Positions 47,135-60,185 of a stretch of 64,000 nt of DNA are shown piece by piece. A model generated the notes under the pieces. It was not told the origin of the DNA. It did not search any database and saw only the letters and a program-made list of their open reading frames with translations. Location: NCBI GenBank assembly GCA_043228905.1, contig JBHGNT010000004.1:18352001-18416000 (forward strand). The letters run 5' to 3'. Both the position numbers and the translations under genes were made by a program. How positions within the stretch are numbered: position 1 is the stretch's first letter; the number at the start of each line of letters is the position of its first letter. This DNA comes from Azolla caroliniana. Taxonomy: Eukaryota > Plantae > Polypodiophyta.

Positions 47135-47444
47135 TGTAAATGAGAAACCGGCTACAACCGGACAACAAGTCAAATGCAAAGACAAGAACAAAGAAACCCA
47201 AATAGAAGATGACAAAGACAGTGGAGCAAGATGTTAATGTGGAAAACCCTGAAAGGTAAAAACCAAGGGAGTCCACAAACTCCAAACAATATCACTATAT
47301 ATGAGAAGGTATACAACAAGAAGCTGCAAGGCAATGACCTTGACTTCTTCTTCGTCAGACAGACGAATGTTGAGGAGTTTCACTCACTCATTCTTTTTCT
47401 CTCACTCTTCTCTCTTACACTTAGATTAAAACCTATTTACAAAT
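47135..47444 (-). repeat. Partial LTR of Tnt1-like family
   Basis: TGGAAAACCC, GCTGCAAGGCAA.GACCTTGA shared with LTR 4007-4622. Confidence 0.6.
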
Positions 47445-48327
47445 TGTGAAAGTGTTTTTAGAATCTAAGCCATTGAACATTAGGAGAATATAAAGTATAG
47501 ATAATTCACCTTTTGAGGATAAGAACACGAACTAAAGACCTTAGGGAAGAAGTCAAAAGTAAAAGTACGAGACCAAGAGAAAAGTAAAAAGAGAAAACGC
47601 AGACTATAAAAAACAGTAAAAATAGAATGGTCATAACTCCCTCGTTGTTTATCCAAATATCACGTTTAAATATGGATTAGAAAGCTTGTAAAAAGAGCTT
47701 TCTATAGCTTTTTAAATCGCTTAATTTGGATATCGGATGAGGGAGATATGACGATTAGAAGGTCGATATGTCATAGCTAAAAATAGGGAGATAAAAAGCT
47801 TCTAAAAATAGCATGAACGTGGATAAGAAGAGGAAGGTTATAAAAGAAGAAGTGATATAGGCTAAGAGTGAAGGCCAAAGAGTGGATGAGGAGTGTTAGG
47901 AAGAAGTGTCTTTGTGGAAGAGGAAGTGTCTTAGAAGAGGAAGGTCTTTGGTTTTAGTTCAATGTGGAGTTTGTCTCCTTTGTATTCTCTTGATGTTGGA
48001 ATATCAGAACATTCTTATTTCTTGCTCGCTTTCTCTATCTTTTTTCTTAGTTTCTTGAGTTATACTCTCTAATCATAATTACCTAGAACTATATAATATA
48101 TTATGATTTTCAACTCCATCTAATCGGTTTGGTCAAGTCCTCATATAGTGTATAACTATCTATTATCTTATACACCCTATCACAAATATGACCTTTTTCG
48201 GTGTTACTCCATCTTGGAGAACACCTTTGAGAACCCCTCCGGAGTAATCGAGTCAAGGAACGGTGGTGCGAAGGAGATTTTGTTTATCCTAGGCTAGACC
48301 TTAGCCGCAAATACAAGGCCCCTTACA
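47445..48327 (+). repeat. Probable LTR of an unclassified (gypsy-like) family
   Basis: TG...CA ends, internal inverted CATAACTCCCTC / GAGGGAGATATG motif; no TSD found. Confidence 0.4.
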
Positions 48328-48359
48328 GAATACCTTCCCCAAAGGTATGGTCGGAGGGA

Positions 48360-48654
48360 TGGATTAATCCATAGTATGAACCATACGTACCATACGTGCA
48401 TTCGCATTCGCGAATAGTTCAATCATTCGCGAAAGGAAAACACCCTCAAAGAATGATAAATACCATACTTTTCGATTAACTATTTATTATGAGGTAGATA
48501 AACCTAAATATGAAAAAAAAAACATTAAAAAAATGGGAAAAAAACAAAAAAAAAACACAAGAATGTTTGGATACCATTCGCATTCGTTTTCCAACGTAGG
48601 AAAACGAATGTTATACTAGACGAACACGAATTTTACGTACTATGGATTAATCCA
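48360..48654. mobile_element. MITE-like element, 295 bp
   Basis: 17-bp perfect TIR TGGATTAATCCATAGTA / TACTATGGATTAATCCA, AT-rich non-coding interior; TSD not evident. Confidence 0.7.
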
Positions 48655-49484
48655 CACGTATAATTATAACTTATTCGGTTACATTTCGGAATATATACAC
48701 AATATCCGACTATAGATTGACACACATAAGATCAAAACATGAAAGTATAGATGGCAAGTACGCAAGGTGACACAATATAGTATATTACTAGTTCCCAATA
48801 CATACAATTCGGATCCTTTATATGGGCATCCGGTTCTGATACAAAACAGTGCATGCACTGACTGACAAGGTACAAAACAGTGCGGATCTGGATGAGTACA
48901 TCTTTTTGGATCTGTCATTACTTAATATAATATTCTAATTATCTACTTATCCAGATGTCCGGTTCACACCTCCGGAACATACTCTTCTTTGGACAACACA
49001 TGGCACGCTCGTGGGACAGTGCCTTGCACGTCGATCCCCCAATCCGTAACCGTAATCGCCAGTCCTCCGTCCTTTAGTTTTCTTTCAGTATGTCTAGAAT
49101 GTCTTGGTCCCCTGGGTCCGACCACTCTTCTTCTTTAGCCGTCTATTGTTGTCGCTGATCCACGTCGATTGTTTGTTGCTCCTCTACACCCCCTTGTGGC
49201 ATGGGTGCTTGCTCCATCAGCTACTCAGTTTGTGTCTCTGGTTGGTCCGTTTGTGACTCCGGCTGGTGCTCCTTTGTTGTATCCGGGTCCGCAACCAGTT
49301 GCTCCCAATCGTTGATGTTTATCTGTGCCCCTTGTTGCTCCTGCATCTGCTCAACAACCCTTCGCCTTCTTTGCCACTCATAAGCTTCCAATTGCAGCGT
49401 CAGCTTTAGTTGATGATCTTCAAATTCTTCCAATAACCTCCGAACCCCATCTATTTGAACCTGAGTTGTAGCATAGAAATCATC

Positions 49485-52400
49485 TGTTGACAATCGAACT
49501 CAACTTCCCATAGAAATAGGCTTCGCAATAGCTCAGGGACATACCATGCTAGTTTTGTAAATAGTAGAAAGGGCCCTTGCCCTAGATTAGTTGGTATTTA
49601 AACCAACCCTTCGTAACTTTGTTACTGTTGGAAGTAATACATAGTTTTCTCATCTTAAGACTCTCTCTCTCTCTCTCTCTCTCTCTTTGTTTCTCATAAG
49701 TGCTCATACAAACACACACACATACACACACACACAGAGTCCTAACGCTACATACAATCACTCTCCTTTCTTTACATGGTATCAGAGCGAGTTGTTTTCT
49801 GATCAAGTCTAATCGACTGTGGTGTTCTACATACCGACGATCAACAGAAGCGGTTCAAGAAACAGAGAAGAAATCATCAGGAATACTCAAATGGGAAGCG
49901 CTCTTCCTATGGAGAAGCTCGATAGGACAAACTTCGCATCCTGGGAGTACAAGATGCATCAGTACCTTGTTGAACAAGAATAATGGATCTATATTGAAGG
50001 AGCTCACAAAACGTAGCCCAACCCAACACACGCTGGCTATCCCGTTTGGGAGCAGGCCGCAAGCCGTGTGTTGTATTGCCTTGCATCATGTGTACATGAT
50101 CACATGCTCGGTGAAAACGCTGAAAGAAGCATGGGGCAACCTCAAGAAGATCTTTGCGGGCAATATGGCTGCCTGCAAGCTCTAGCTTCGTCAAGAGTTG
50201 AATAACATTCAACAAAGGGAGATGTCAATCAGCATCTATGCCCTGAAGATCAAGGAGCTGTGCGATGCCCTCGGGTCAATCAAATGTTGGCATTGACGAT
50301 GAAGAAATGGTGCAGGTATACCTCAGAGGCTTGGCACCTCGATTTAGTGCAATAAGGTCCGTCGTCTTTGCAAGAGAGAATCCTCCCACCTTTTTCGATC
50401 TCTAGTCAATATTGTTGGTCGAGGAAAATCGTGCCCGACAAAGGAGCAACGCACCAGAGGGTCAAATGCTCTACTCCCAATCGGATGATAGATGAAATTT
50501 CAGCCGTGGAAATAGAGGTCAATTCGGACAAGCCGTCACGGTAAACAGTCCCAAGAGCATAACTCCCACCAATGGCAAGAGGACAAGAAACAATCCCAGG
50601 GAGTTCGGCAGAAGGGGGAGTCATCATGCCGGACCAAGCAATCGTGATAACCCAATCAAATGTGGATATTGCAGAAAACTCGATCACTACGAAGAGGTGT
50701 GTCGAAAGAAGATGCGAGAGTCGACTTCAACCAGTCGACAGATCACGAACTACATAGCAAATTCTGACTACGACAATCGTAGCGGAATGTTCACGAATTA
50801 CACATCGAATTCTGACTACGATGATCGTAGCAGAATGTTCATGACGAGGCACAAAGCCCACTCAATGGCGACACAAGGTGAAACAAGCACCACACCCTCA
50901 AAGAATGTATGGTTTGTTGACTCGGGAGCATCCAACCACATCACGTCTCATGAAGATTGGTTTCGGGAATTACGAAAACCAGAACGTCCCGGATATGTCG
51001 AGATAGGCGATGACACAACTCATCCAATACAGCATATCGGGAACGTCTCATTAGGAAACGACGGCAATCAAACTTACCTTAAGAACGTATTGCATGTTCC
51101 TACCATCATGAAAAACCTGGTCTCAGTCGGCCAGATTTTCGAACAAGGAATGCAAGTACGATTCAACAATGATGGGTGCTTTATCGAAAGAGGAGATCAA
51201 GTCATAGCTCACGGCCGTCATGAAGGCCATATGTTTGTCCTCGAATCAAATGAGGTAAAATCGGTCATGTTTGCAAAGGGCCTCAAAGTCGAAACCGACC
51301 TAAACTTGTGGCACAAAAGAATGGTCACATCAATCTCCAGAAGCTTCAGAACATGCAATCGAAAGGAGTCATAATCGGACTCCTAAAGTTTACCACGAAG
51401 GAGATTATAGGCATATGCGAAGCGTACTAGTTCGGAAAGCAACGCTAACATCCATTCTAGAAAGAGCGTAATGTGAGCAAAGGGATCTTGGATGTCGTAC
51501 ATTTAGATGTGTGGGGACCGGCCCAAACAACCACACTCGACAGATGCCGATATTACTTCACGTTCATCGACGACTTCTCCAGGCACATCTAGATCTACCC
51601 GATGAGACAGAAGAGTGAAGTGTTCGGACACTTCCAGAGGTTCAAAGCTGAAGTTGAAAAAACTACGGGTCGGCACGTACGTTGCCTTCGATCAGATGGA
51701 GGCAAAGAATATTTCTCGAATGAGTTTGTGGAGTATCTCTGAAAGGAAGGAATCCCGCGAGAATTGACATGCCGTCACACACCTCAGCAAAACGGCATAG
51801 CTGAGCGGAAGTACCGGCACATAGTAGAGATTGCACGGGCAATGATGAACGAGAAGAACCTGCCGAAATCATATTGGGCAAATGCAGCGAACATGGCCGT
51901 TTACCTCATATGAATAGGTGCACAACCTCGGGAGTACACGACGCAACCCCCCATGAGAAGTTTCTTGGTAAGAAGCCGGACTCATCACATGTTCGTATTT
52001 TTGGCTCAATCGCTTATGTGCATATTCCCGATGGTACGCGAGAAAAGCTTGAGCCGAAGTCAGAGAAATGTATCCTCGTGGGGTACTCGTTCGAATAGAA
52101 GGGGTAAATATGCTATAATCCATCTACCCAACATGTTCGAATAAGTCGAGATGTCGTTTTCCATGAGTCCGCATCCTAGTACACACCAGAGACAAGTTTG
52201 ACTCCGACTCCGCTCGACCCGGAATACGCCGAAATAGAGGCAAAAGCTGAAGATCGACATACGTGCATATTCGACGAAAGTCCAATCGCAACCCGAATAA
52301 GTGGGCCACAAGAACCTTCGAGTGATCAAAGCACATTTTGGTCGAGTTCGAAGCTGGACAAAGGGAAGGCGAAAATGCCAGAGTGTGAACATGATCACTT

Positions 52401-53069
52401 CAATGACAACGAAGCGACTCACTTCGTCGATAGTGAGTTCGAAGGCCTTGACATTTGGACAAATGGAGCAAAGAAAGCCTTACTATACGCGAACGAGAAG
52501 CTCCGTTGATCGACCCATGAAAAGAACCCCGTAAGCCAATTTGGCTACAATGATTACTTGCCATATCATTACACCTTTACGGCGAAGGTAGAGTCAAGCC
52601 GGAAGCTGGAAACCCTTTCTGAAGCCGTAAAGGACCCACGATGGGTCGACACAATGAATGAAGAAATGCAAGCCCTATGCAAAAACGAGACATGGGATCT
52701 CAAGTGCACATGATCCAACCACCCGGCTTTGAATCACGTCATCATTCGAACACGGTGTGCCGACTCAAGAAGCCACTCTACGGCCTCAAACAAGCACCGC
52801 GTGCATGGCATTTGAAGATCACATAGTATCTTCATCAAATCAGATTTCGAATGTCAAAATCGGATAATTCTCTCTACATTCGAAACAAGTCGGATAGCCC
52901 GATTGCCCTAATCCTATACGTGAATGATTTCGTCATCAGAGGAAAGGATCTTGCCAAGATTAACAAGGTCAAAACACTTCTCTCTGGCAGATTCGAAATG
53001 AAAGACCTGCATGAGCTCCATTACTTCTTAGGCATGGAAGGAATTCAGACACCAGTTGGGATAATGATC
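49485..53069 (+). mobile_element. Degenerate copia family C element: LTR 49485-49776, PBS-Met 49777-49788, gag-PR-IN-partial RT
   Basis: TGTTGAC...TTTACA|TGGTATCAGAGC; WFVDSGASNH; homologous to 25262-29745. Confidence 0.92.
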
Positions 53070-56000
53070 TGTTGAGATACAAGCTCAACATTGGCCGAAT
53101 CGGCTGTGCAACCGAGAACGGGATCGGGTGGGACCAATTGGTTAGGCTGGATCGGTGCGTAAACCGGATGCGTAAACTGGTGCGCAAACCGATGCACAAC
53201 AAGAAGCCGTAGCGGTGCGTAAACCGCGAGGCCGTTGGAAAGATATTCCGTGTAGGAATATATTTTGGGAGTTAGTGTAGAGCTCATTTATGAGCATTGA
53301 AGAATGTGTCAATACTTCTGTCAGTCCGTATGGACTTGTATAAAAGTGCTCACTGAGCACATTCTATGTACAAATTGAGTATTATTTTTTGAAATAGAGT
53401 TGTGTGTATTATATCTCTCTCTCTCTTTGTCTCTCCTGCATACTATGTGTGTTCAAGCTCTCCATTAAACGTGTGTTTTTCTACGTTCTGCTCTCGGTCA
53501 CTTCCGCATAACCGACCTTAACTCGAGAAGAAAACCTAACCTTTGTAAAGAACAGGGAAAACAAAATGGATAGAGGCATGGCTAGCTCGCTTCCAACCGA
53601 GAAACTCAACAGAAACAACTATGCATCTTGGTTGTACAAGATGCACTAGTACATGCTCGGGCATGGATATTGGAGCTATGTTGACGGAGCAAATGACACA
53701 ACACCCGATTTGACACACAAAGACTTCCCGGCTTGGGAACTGTCGGTGAGCAGAGTTATCTACTGCTTCGCGTCTTGTGTGGGTGAATAGCTTCCGAGCT
53801 ATATTCGGGATGCGAAAACGCCGAAGGATGCTTGGGGAAATTTGAAAAAGATTTCTACCGCAAGCACCACAGGCACAAAGCTCCAACTCCGACAGGAGTT
53901 GAGCAACTTGCGACAATGCGATTGTCGGTGGCTGATTACACCTCGAAGATCAAAGATATATGTGAATCCTTAGCCTCCATCGATGTCAACGTCGAGGAAA
54001 GCGAGATGGTGCAGATCTATCTCGGGGGACTAGCATCGATCTTCGGAGCGTTCCGAACTGCTTTGTGCACACGGGAGAATATGCCGTCACTTTTCGACCT
54101 ACAGTCGATGCTCCTTATAGAGAAGAACTACACGGGTGCGTCGACGAGTACGCACGGTGATAGCAAGATGTTGTACACAGAGGGAGATAGGCCCCGTGGT
54201 CGTGGCGGACAAGGCGAGTCGGTGCGGGATCAAGCAAGAAGGCACCGTAGTGCTGCCGACAACAATTCAAGACCCTCTGGAAACATGGGGAGTCGCGGTG
54301 ACGAGAACCGGCAAGGGAAATCCGTCGCGGAATGTTGGTGCTATGGCAAGAAAGGCCACAAGGAGAGCGAGTTCTGGAAGAAGCGTGTCGATTCAGAGAA
54401 AACCGAATCTGGATCCGGACAAACTGATAAAGGAAATCGGCAGTGATCGCACTACACCAAAGGATCCCAAAAAGTCGGAAAAGGGGCAGCCTTCGTGATG
54501 AGACACGAAGCGAACTCGATGAAGAAGACCACCCCGAAATCGGACGAGGTCTGGTACGCTGACTTCGGCGCGTCAAACCACATGACGAGCCATAAGGAGT
54601 GGTTCTCATACCTAGAGAAACCGATGTAACTGGGAGTAGTCGCAACAAGAGACGACTCTCCGCATCCGATCGAGAATGTTGGCGAAATTCCCCTGAGCCA
54701 TGTCGGGCAAAAAGGGAAACTCATGAACGTGCTACACGTACCGACAATCACGACGAATCTGGTGTTGTTCGGGCAGATCGTCGACCAAGGGATGCAAGTC
54801 CGGTTCACGCATCTCGGGTGCTTCATCGAGGAGGAAGGCCAAGTCATTGCGCAAGGGCATAGAGACGGGAGGATGTTTATCCTCGACACCAATGATGTTG
54901 GCACTGCAATGTTCGCAAAAGGAAAAAAAGTTGAGTTGGATATCGACTTGTTGCACAAGCGCATACGCCACGTCAACTATGAAAGGCTTTAGGACTTGTA
55001 ATTGAAACAAGTTGTGGTCGCATTGCCCAAATTCAGTGGCGGGAAGGCCCAAATTTGTGAAGCTTCCCAGCTAGGGAAGGAACACCGACTTCCTTTCCCC
55101 AACGAGCGTAACCGGAGCTGGAACAAGGTCAACTTGATACATTCGAATATATGGGGGCCGACACAGAATGTTAGTCTTCGCGGGAGTCGATATTTTGTCT
55201 CCTTTATCGAAGACTACACACGGCACACGTGGATCTATCTCATTGAAAAGAAGAGTGAAGTCTTCGACTGTTTCCGGGACCTCAAAAGCTTCATAGAAAG
55301 GGAAAAAGGGAGAAAGATCAAGTGTCTGCGGTCAGATGGCGGAAAAGAGTACTTTTCCGGCCAATTCAACAGTTATCTGTAACAAATGGGAATTCGGCGT
55401 GAATTCAGTTGCAGGTATACGCCGGGGCAAAATGGCGTAGCCGAAAAATCGGTCGGTTGTGGAAGCGGCGCGGGAAAAGCTGGAAGAAAAGAGCTTGCCC
55501 AAGTTCTATTGGGCTGAAGTGGTATGAACCACGGTCTACATCTAGAATCAGATCGGAGACAAAGTGTCGACACATGAGCTGTACTTCGGAAGAAAGCCGA
55601 ATCTACGACACTTGAGAGTTTTCGGTATCATTGCATATGTGCATGTACCGAAGGAGAAACAGAGGAAGTTGGACGCGAAAGCCAAGAAGTGTATTTTGGT
55701 CGGCCAAGCTCGCGTGTTTGATGAGTCCGCGTCTTGGTACTTGCCTCCGACTCTGGACCTCAACTCCAACTCCGGATCTCCGGATCCATGTTTTGACGAT
55801 GAGGTCTGCAAGGCTGAAATGCCTCCGGATGACCGTGAATTTAGGACCCTCGATGAGAGTCCGATTTAATTTCGGCTAAGTGGACCAAACGAGCGACTGG
55901 GTTGGTTTTACCAGTCCGAAGAAGAGCCGGTGAGTAGTAGAGACTCAACCGTGCATTCCTCGCGCAGGAAGCCGAGGAGACGGTTTATGCGCAAGGAAAA

Positions 56001-56459
56001 AGGGAAGAAGAAGATGTCAGAGTATGGCACGGATAAGGGCGAGTCGGATTGACGCGAATCCGACTCCAAGAAGAGCGATGATGGGCCTTCGAGAGCGAAG
56101 TCTGCGTCAGCCAAGAAAGCCTTAACATTGGCTAATGAGCAGCTACGCTGATCTACCCGCCAGAAGAACCCTGTTGTGAGGTTCGGATATAACGAGTACA
56201 TGGCGCATCACTATGCGTACATGATGCGTGTAGCGGAAGTGCGTGAGCAGGAGAGTTACGCAGAAGCGGCGAAGGACGCAAATTGGCATGCCGCAATGGA
56301 GGAAGAGATGCGCGCATTGGCGGAGAATGAAACTTGGGACCTGGTTGACGCACCGAAGAGTGTGAAGCTGATCGGATGTAGGTGGTTGTACAAGGTCAAG
56401 TACAACACCGATGGCTTGGTTAACCGATACAAGGACCGGCTAGTAGCGAAAGGCTACGC
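53070..56459 (+). mobile_element. Degenerate copia family B element nested in family C; LTR from 53070 with LTR end and PBS deleted; interrupted in RT by a gypsy element
   Basis: TGTTGAGATACAAGCTCAACA LTR start, gag MDRGMASSLPTEKLNR, IN and RT start ([11 protein letters not shown]). Confidence 0.92.
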
Positions 56460-56830
56460 TGTCATGAAGAAAACCGGCCACAGGCGGAATCGGAGAAAAA
56501 GGTGCATGAACCGGTTCTTACATGGGTGGATGCGAGAATTGATATTTTGTAAATAATTCGTAATTAGGTCGGCTGATGTAAATACTAGGTAGTACACATT
56601 TATTAGGGGATTTGTGCATATCTCTGTCGAAAGGGACAGGGAATAAAGAGATTGGACTAGGGAAGAAGGGTCTCCCCTTTGCGAACTAGTTAAGGAGGGA
56701 GAGAAGGAAGAAAAGGGATCGTGCGTTGGCGAGGACGAAGTGTTGTTGCAGAACCGAGGGCCGAGCTCTCTCTCCTCCAATCATCGTTCACTGCCCCTGC
56801 TTCGTGGACAGCCCGTGTGGTCCAGCAGGG

Positions 56831-56861
<31 letters not shown>

Positions 56862-57206
56862 CGATCGTCGTTCGCTGCCTCCGCTTCGTGGACAGCCCGT
56901 GTGCTTCCAACAAAGGCTCTCTCTCTCTCTCTCTCTCCCCCCCCCCCATTTTTCTTTGTTTCTTCGAGTCGTGTGGCTGTCGTCGATGTGCGTGAGTAGG
57001 ACCCCGTGTCAGGTCCATTACCGGGTTGCCGGTTTTAACCGTTCGAGTTGTAAGCTACTGATCATAGTAATCGGATTACTGTTTCTTGCTCTTATTTTCT
57101 TTCTGTGTATCTGCAACTCTCTCTCTCTCTCGCACTCTCTCCTTGGTCGAAGACCCCCGTGGTCCCACCTCTTTCTACACGCGAAAGCATAACTTCGTGA
57201 CATAAT

Positions 57207-57221
57207 TGGTGAACCCGACGT
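57207..57221 (+). promoter_or_regulatory. Primer-binding site complementary to tRNA-Trp 3' end
   Basis: TGGTGAACCCGACGT, 4 nt after the LTR; complementary to ...ACGUCGGGUUCACCA of plant cytosolic tRNA-Trp (from memory). Confidence 0.75.
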
Positions 57222-59316
57222 AAACAGGCGGCAAAGGAGTCGGAAGATGAGGGGATCAGAGCTAGCAAAGGCAATGGCGGTAGCCGTCGACCGACTGGTG
57301 AGCGCTCGTGAGGGGACGGGTACCCTCGACAGAGCCATTGAATTGATCGTTGACAACATAAGACGATTCGGTGGGTAGAATCCCACAAGTTATTTGGAGG
57401 CTTACCGGGCCGAAATGATCATGAGGGATATCCCAGTGGACAGGCGGCTGTCCGGATTCCCTCAGGTGGTGACGCCGAGCATCCACGCGGAGGTGCTCGA
57501 GGTGCTGGCCGGCTGCCAAACTTGGGAGGAGTTCGAGCTGCAGCTCCTCGAGAATTATGGGTTTGATGACTCACTTTGGCTGTCGAGGCGGGACTTCATG
57601 GCGTGGGTGGAAAGCCCCAAAAAAGGGAGGAACACATCGGCGCTCCTCCAAGAGTTCGAAAAACGATTCGCGTGGCTATCGACGCTGGACCGGACCGTGC
57701 TCGAAATGAGTCGAGTACTACTGTTTGTCAAGTCGGTAGATGCACTCGACAGGGAAAAGGTGGGTCCCCTATTGGAGACGGACGAAGGGCTCACGGCAGA
57801 CTGGGCCGTGGTAAAATGCGTCTGCAGCCGTTTCGACAAACGGCGCGAGTGGAGTGACGAAAGCTCGTCGGAGTCAGGACCGGTCCCGGTGAGGAGGCTC
57901 AAGGAGCCGGTATCGGTGCCAGCCGGTAGGAAGGAAGAGACCCGAATTTGGCTGGAGTCGGGGTCGGCATCGAAGGACGTGGTCAAAGGCCCATCCGGAG
58001 GAGCTGACATAGATGGTGCGCGACCTGCAGATCGCACAGGCCCGGAGAGACAGCGGCGAACAACCTCGCGACCGGTCACATTCGGAAGGATTGCACAGAT
58101 TTCGCCGATACACTCAGGACCAATGTGGTGTACCTCTGGAACGGGCGGGTGCACGCAAGCGAGACCCGGTGAGCACTAGAACTGAATATGGGGCGCGACA
58201 GAATGAAGAGGTTGATGGAAGAGGTCGCGACACAACATGTAGAAGCCGTTAACTACTCAGCGTCGGCGGGAATTCGGGTCGGGGGTGATGAGACCCGGAA
58301 GGCGAAGGACCCCGGATTCTGGCCGTTAGTGCTAGAAGGCCTCTCCGGAGTTCGGTTGAAGAAGGAAGAGGCGAACCGCGCGGAACAACTGGTCCAGGAG
58401 GTCACCGGATGGGACGATTTGGTCGAAGAGAAAACGGGCTTCGTAGAAGCCACTTGCCAGAACTAGGAGGTTCTGGTGGAAGACAAACGGGCACGAAAGG
58501 CCGGAGGGGTCGGTCCCCCGCAGAGGTACGAGACCCGGTTCGGACCGAAACCGACTGGTGCCGGTAGCCCAGGCATGCCGGATGGGAAGAAGCGGGCGGA
58601 GTTTCGGTTGAGCACTGAAATCGAGAGAGCAACGGACCTACGGAAGGTCCTTGAAGAGCGGATCCTCGACAATAAAGTGTAGCTGTCATTGTGGGAGGTG
58701 CTGGGAATCGCCAAGAGGGAGTTCCATGACTCAATCATAGACTTGGTGAAGTGGAAGAGGCTCTCGACGGAGCCGGAACCAGAGAAGCCGGTGGAGGTGC
58801 GGACTGCGCACTTAGAAGACACGGCCCTAGAAGACGAGTTGGCAGAAAGCCACTACGCGAAGCTACATTGGGCAGGGCAACTACGGAAACCCCTGTGCGG
58901 ATCGGCGACGTTCCGGAACCGGTGGTGGCCTTGGTAGACCATGGATCCGAAATCAACCTGATGTCCATGGATTTCTACAAGAAGGGTAAATGGCCGATCA
59001 ACACCAAGCATGGGTGGAAGATACGCGCGGCGAAGGGTGCTACGGAGGAGCTACATGGTGCGTGCCTGAATGTACGACGCATAAAGATTGGTGACGTCGA
59101 GATAGATCAACATTTCTTCATGCAGGAAACATCCTCGCACCTGGTGATTCTCGGCGAACCGTACATTACGGCAGCACGCATGGAGACGAAGGTGCTGGAC
59201 AACGGTTCGGCGTACGCACGCGTCAAGAGCCAAGACGGTTGGCATTCCGTCCAATTCATGACCGTACGTCCGAACCATGAGAGGAATTGCGAGACCCTCG
59301 ACGGCGACAACGGAGG

Positions 59317-59360
59317 GGATTTTTAGAGAGGGCTATCAAGGCGTGGGGCCGCGGTAGTCC
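59317..59360 (+). promoter_or_regulatory. Putative programmed -1 ribosomal frameshift signal (G GAT TTT + 3' stem-loop)
   Basis: ORF1 ends GGG GAT TTT TAG; -1 frame continues into pol; stem GGGCTATC (59330-59337) / GGTAGTCC (59353-59360) after a 6-nt spacer. Confidence 0.7.
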
Positions 59361-59600
59361 GGACGTACTGCAAAAACCCCACACATGTACAGTGGGTAGG
59401 AAGTTTTGGTTCTCCGAAAACGGAGGTTGTACTATAGCCGGCGTTAGCGGCCGGGAGAGGAAACGAGTGGAGGAGTAGCTCAGGGGATGCGGAGTCCTCT
59501 CCCCCGACGAAGAAATCAGCGGTGCCGTGGAGGCGGTCTCTTTTGACGACACCTTGGGCGAGTTGCGAAAGGTGATCGGTGAAGACCTTAGAGAGAACAG

Positions 59601-60185
59601 TGTCGATGAACAAACTCGGATGAGGAGTACCCGGCTACGGAGAGCCGGATGATGCAGACCCGGTGAGAACCAGATGAGGAGTACCCGGCTACGGAGGACC
59701 GGATGGTACACACCCGGTGAGAAGTGCTCTCCGGATGAAGAGACATATTCGTAAATATGTTTCTAAGAATCCATCATGGCTATATTTGTAAATAACCGAA
59801 AAGTCATATTAGTATAAATATGACTTAGGGCAAACTTTTAGATAGAGTTGTTATTTCTTGTCTGCGTGAGATCAGAGTGCGTAATTGTGTACAGAAAGAG
59901 TGAGAGAGAGGAAGAGGTCGTTGCCTCAGTTGTAACCGCCGCCTGTGGCGAAGATTGTGAGCACGAGGTCGTTGCCTCCGTGAACTCACTGTTGTATATT
60001 CTAACATAGTGATAGTTTGCAGCCTGTGGGCTGCCGTGGTTTTTCCCTTAGTTTGGGTTTTCCACGTAAACATCCTGCGTACTCTTCTCTTCTTCGTGTC
60101 GTACATTTATTTCCAGTTTTCTGTGCATGATTCTAAGCTCGGTTGTGGCCGAGCCTTGCGTATAGGGAGCGTGTTGTTCCCGTCA
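59601..60185 (+). mobile_element. Solo LTR of Tnt1-like copia family inside the gypsy element
   Basis: TGTCG...CGTCA ends; GTGGTTTTTCCC, GGGTTTTCCACGT, GGTCGTTGCC motifs shared with LTR 4007-4622. Confidence 0.8.

Noticed and set aside
16547-56459. Large inverted segmental duplication around LOX (LINE, copia B and C on minus at left, on plus at right)
   Set aside because: Order, nesting and junctions differ between the sides, and the copies are independently diverged insertions
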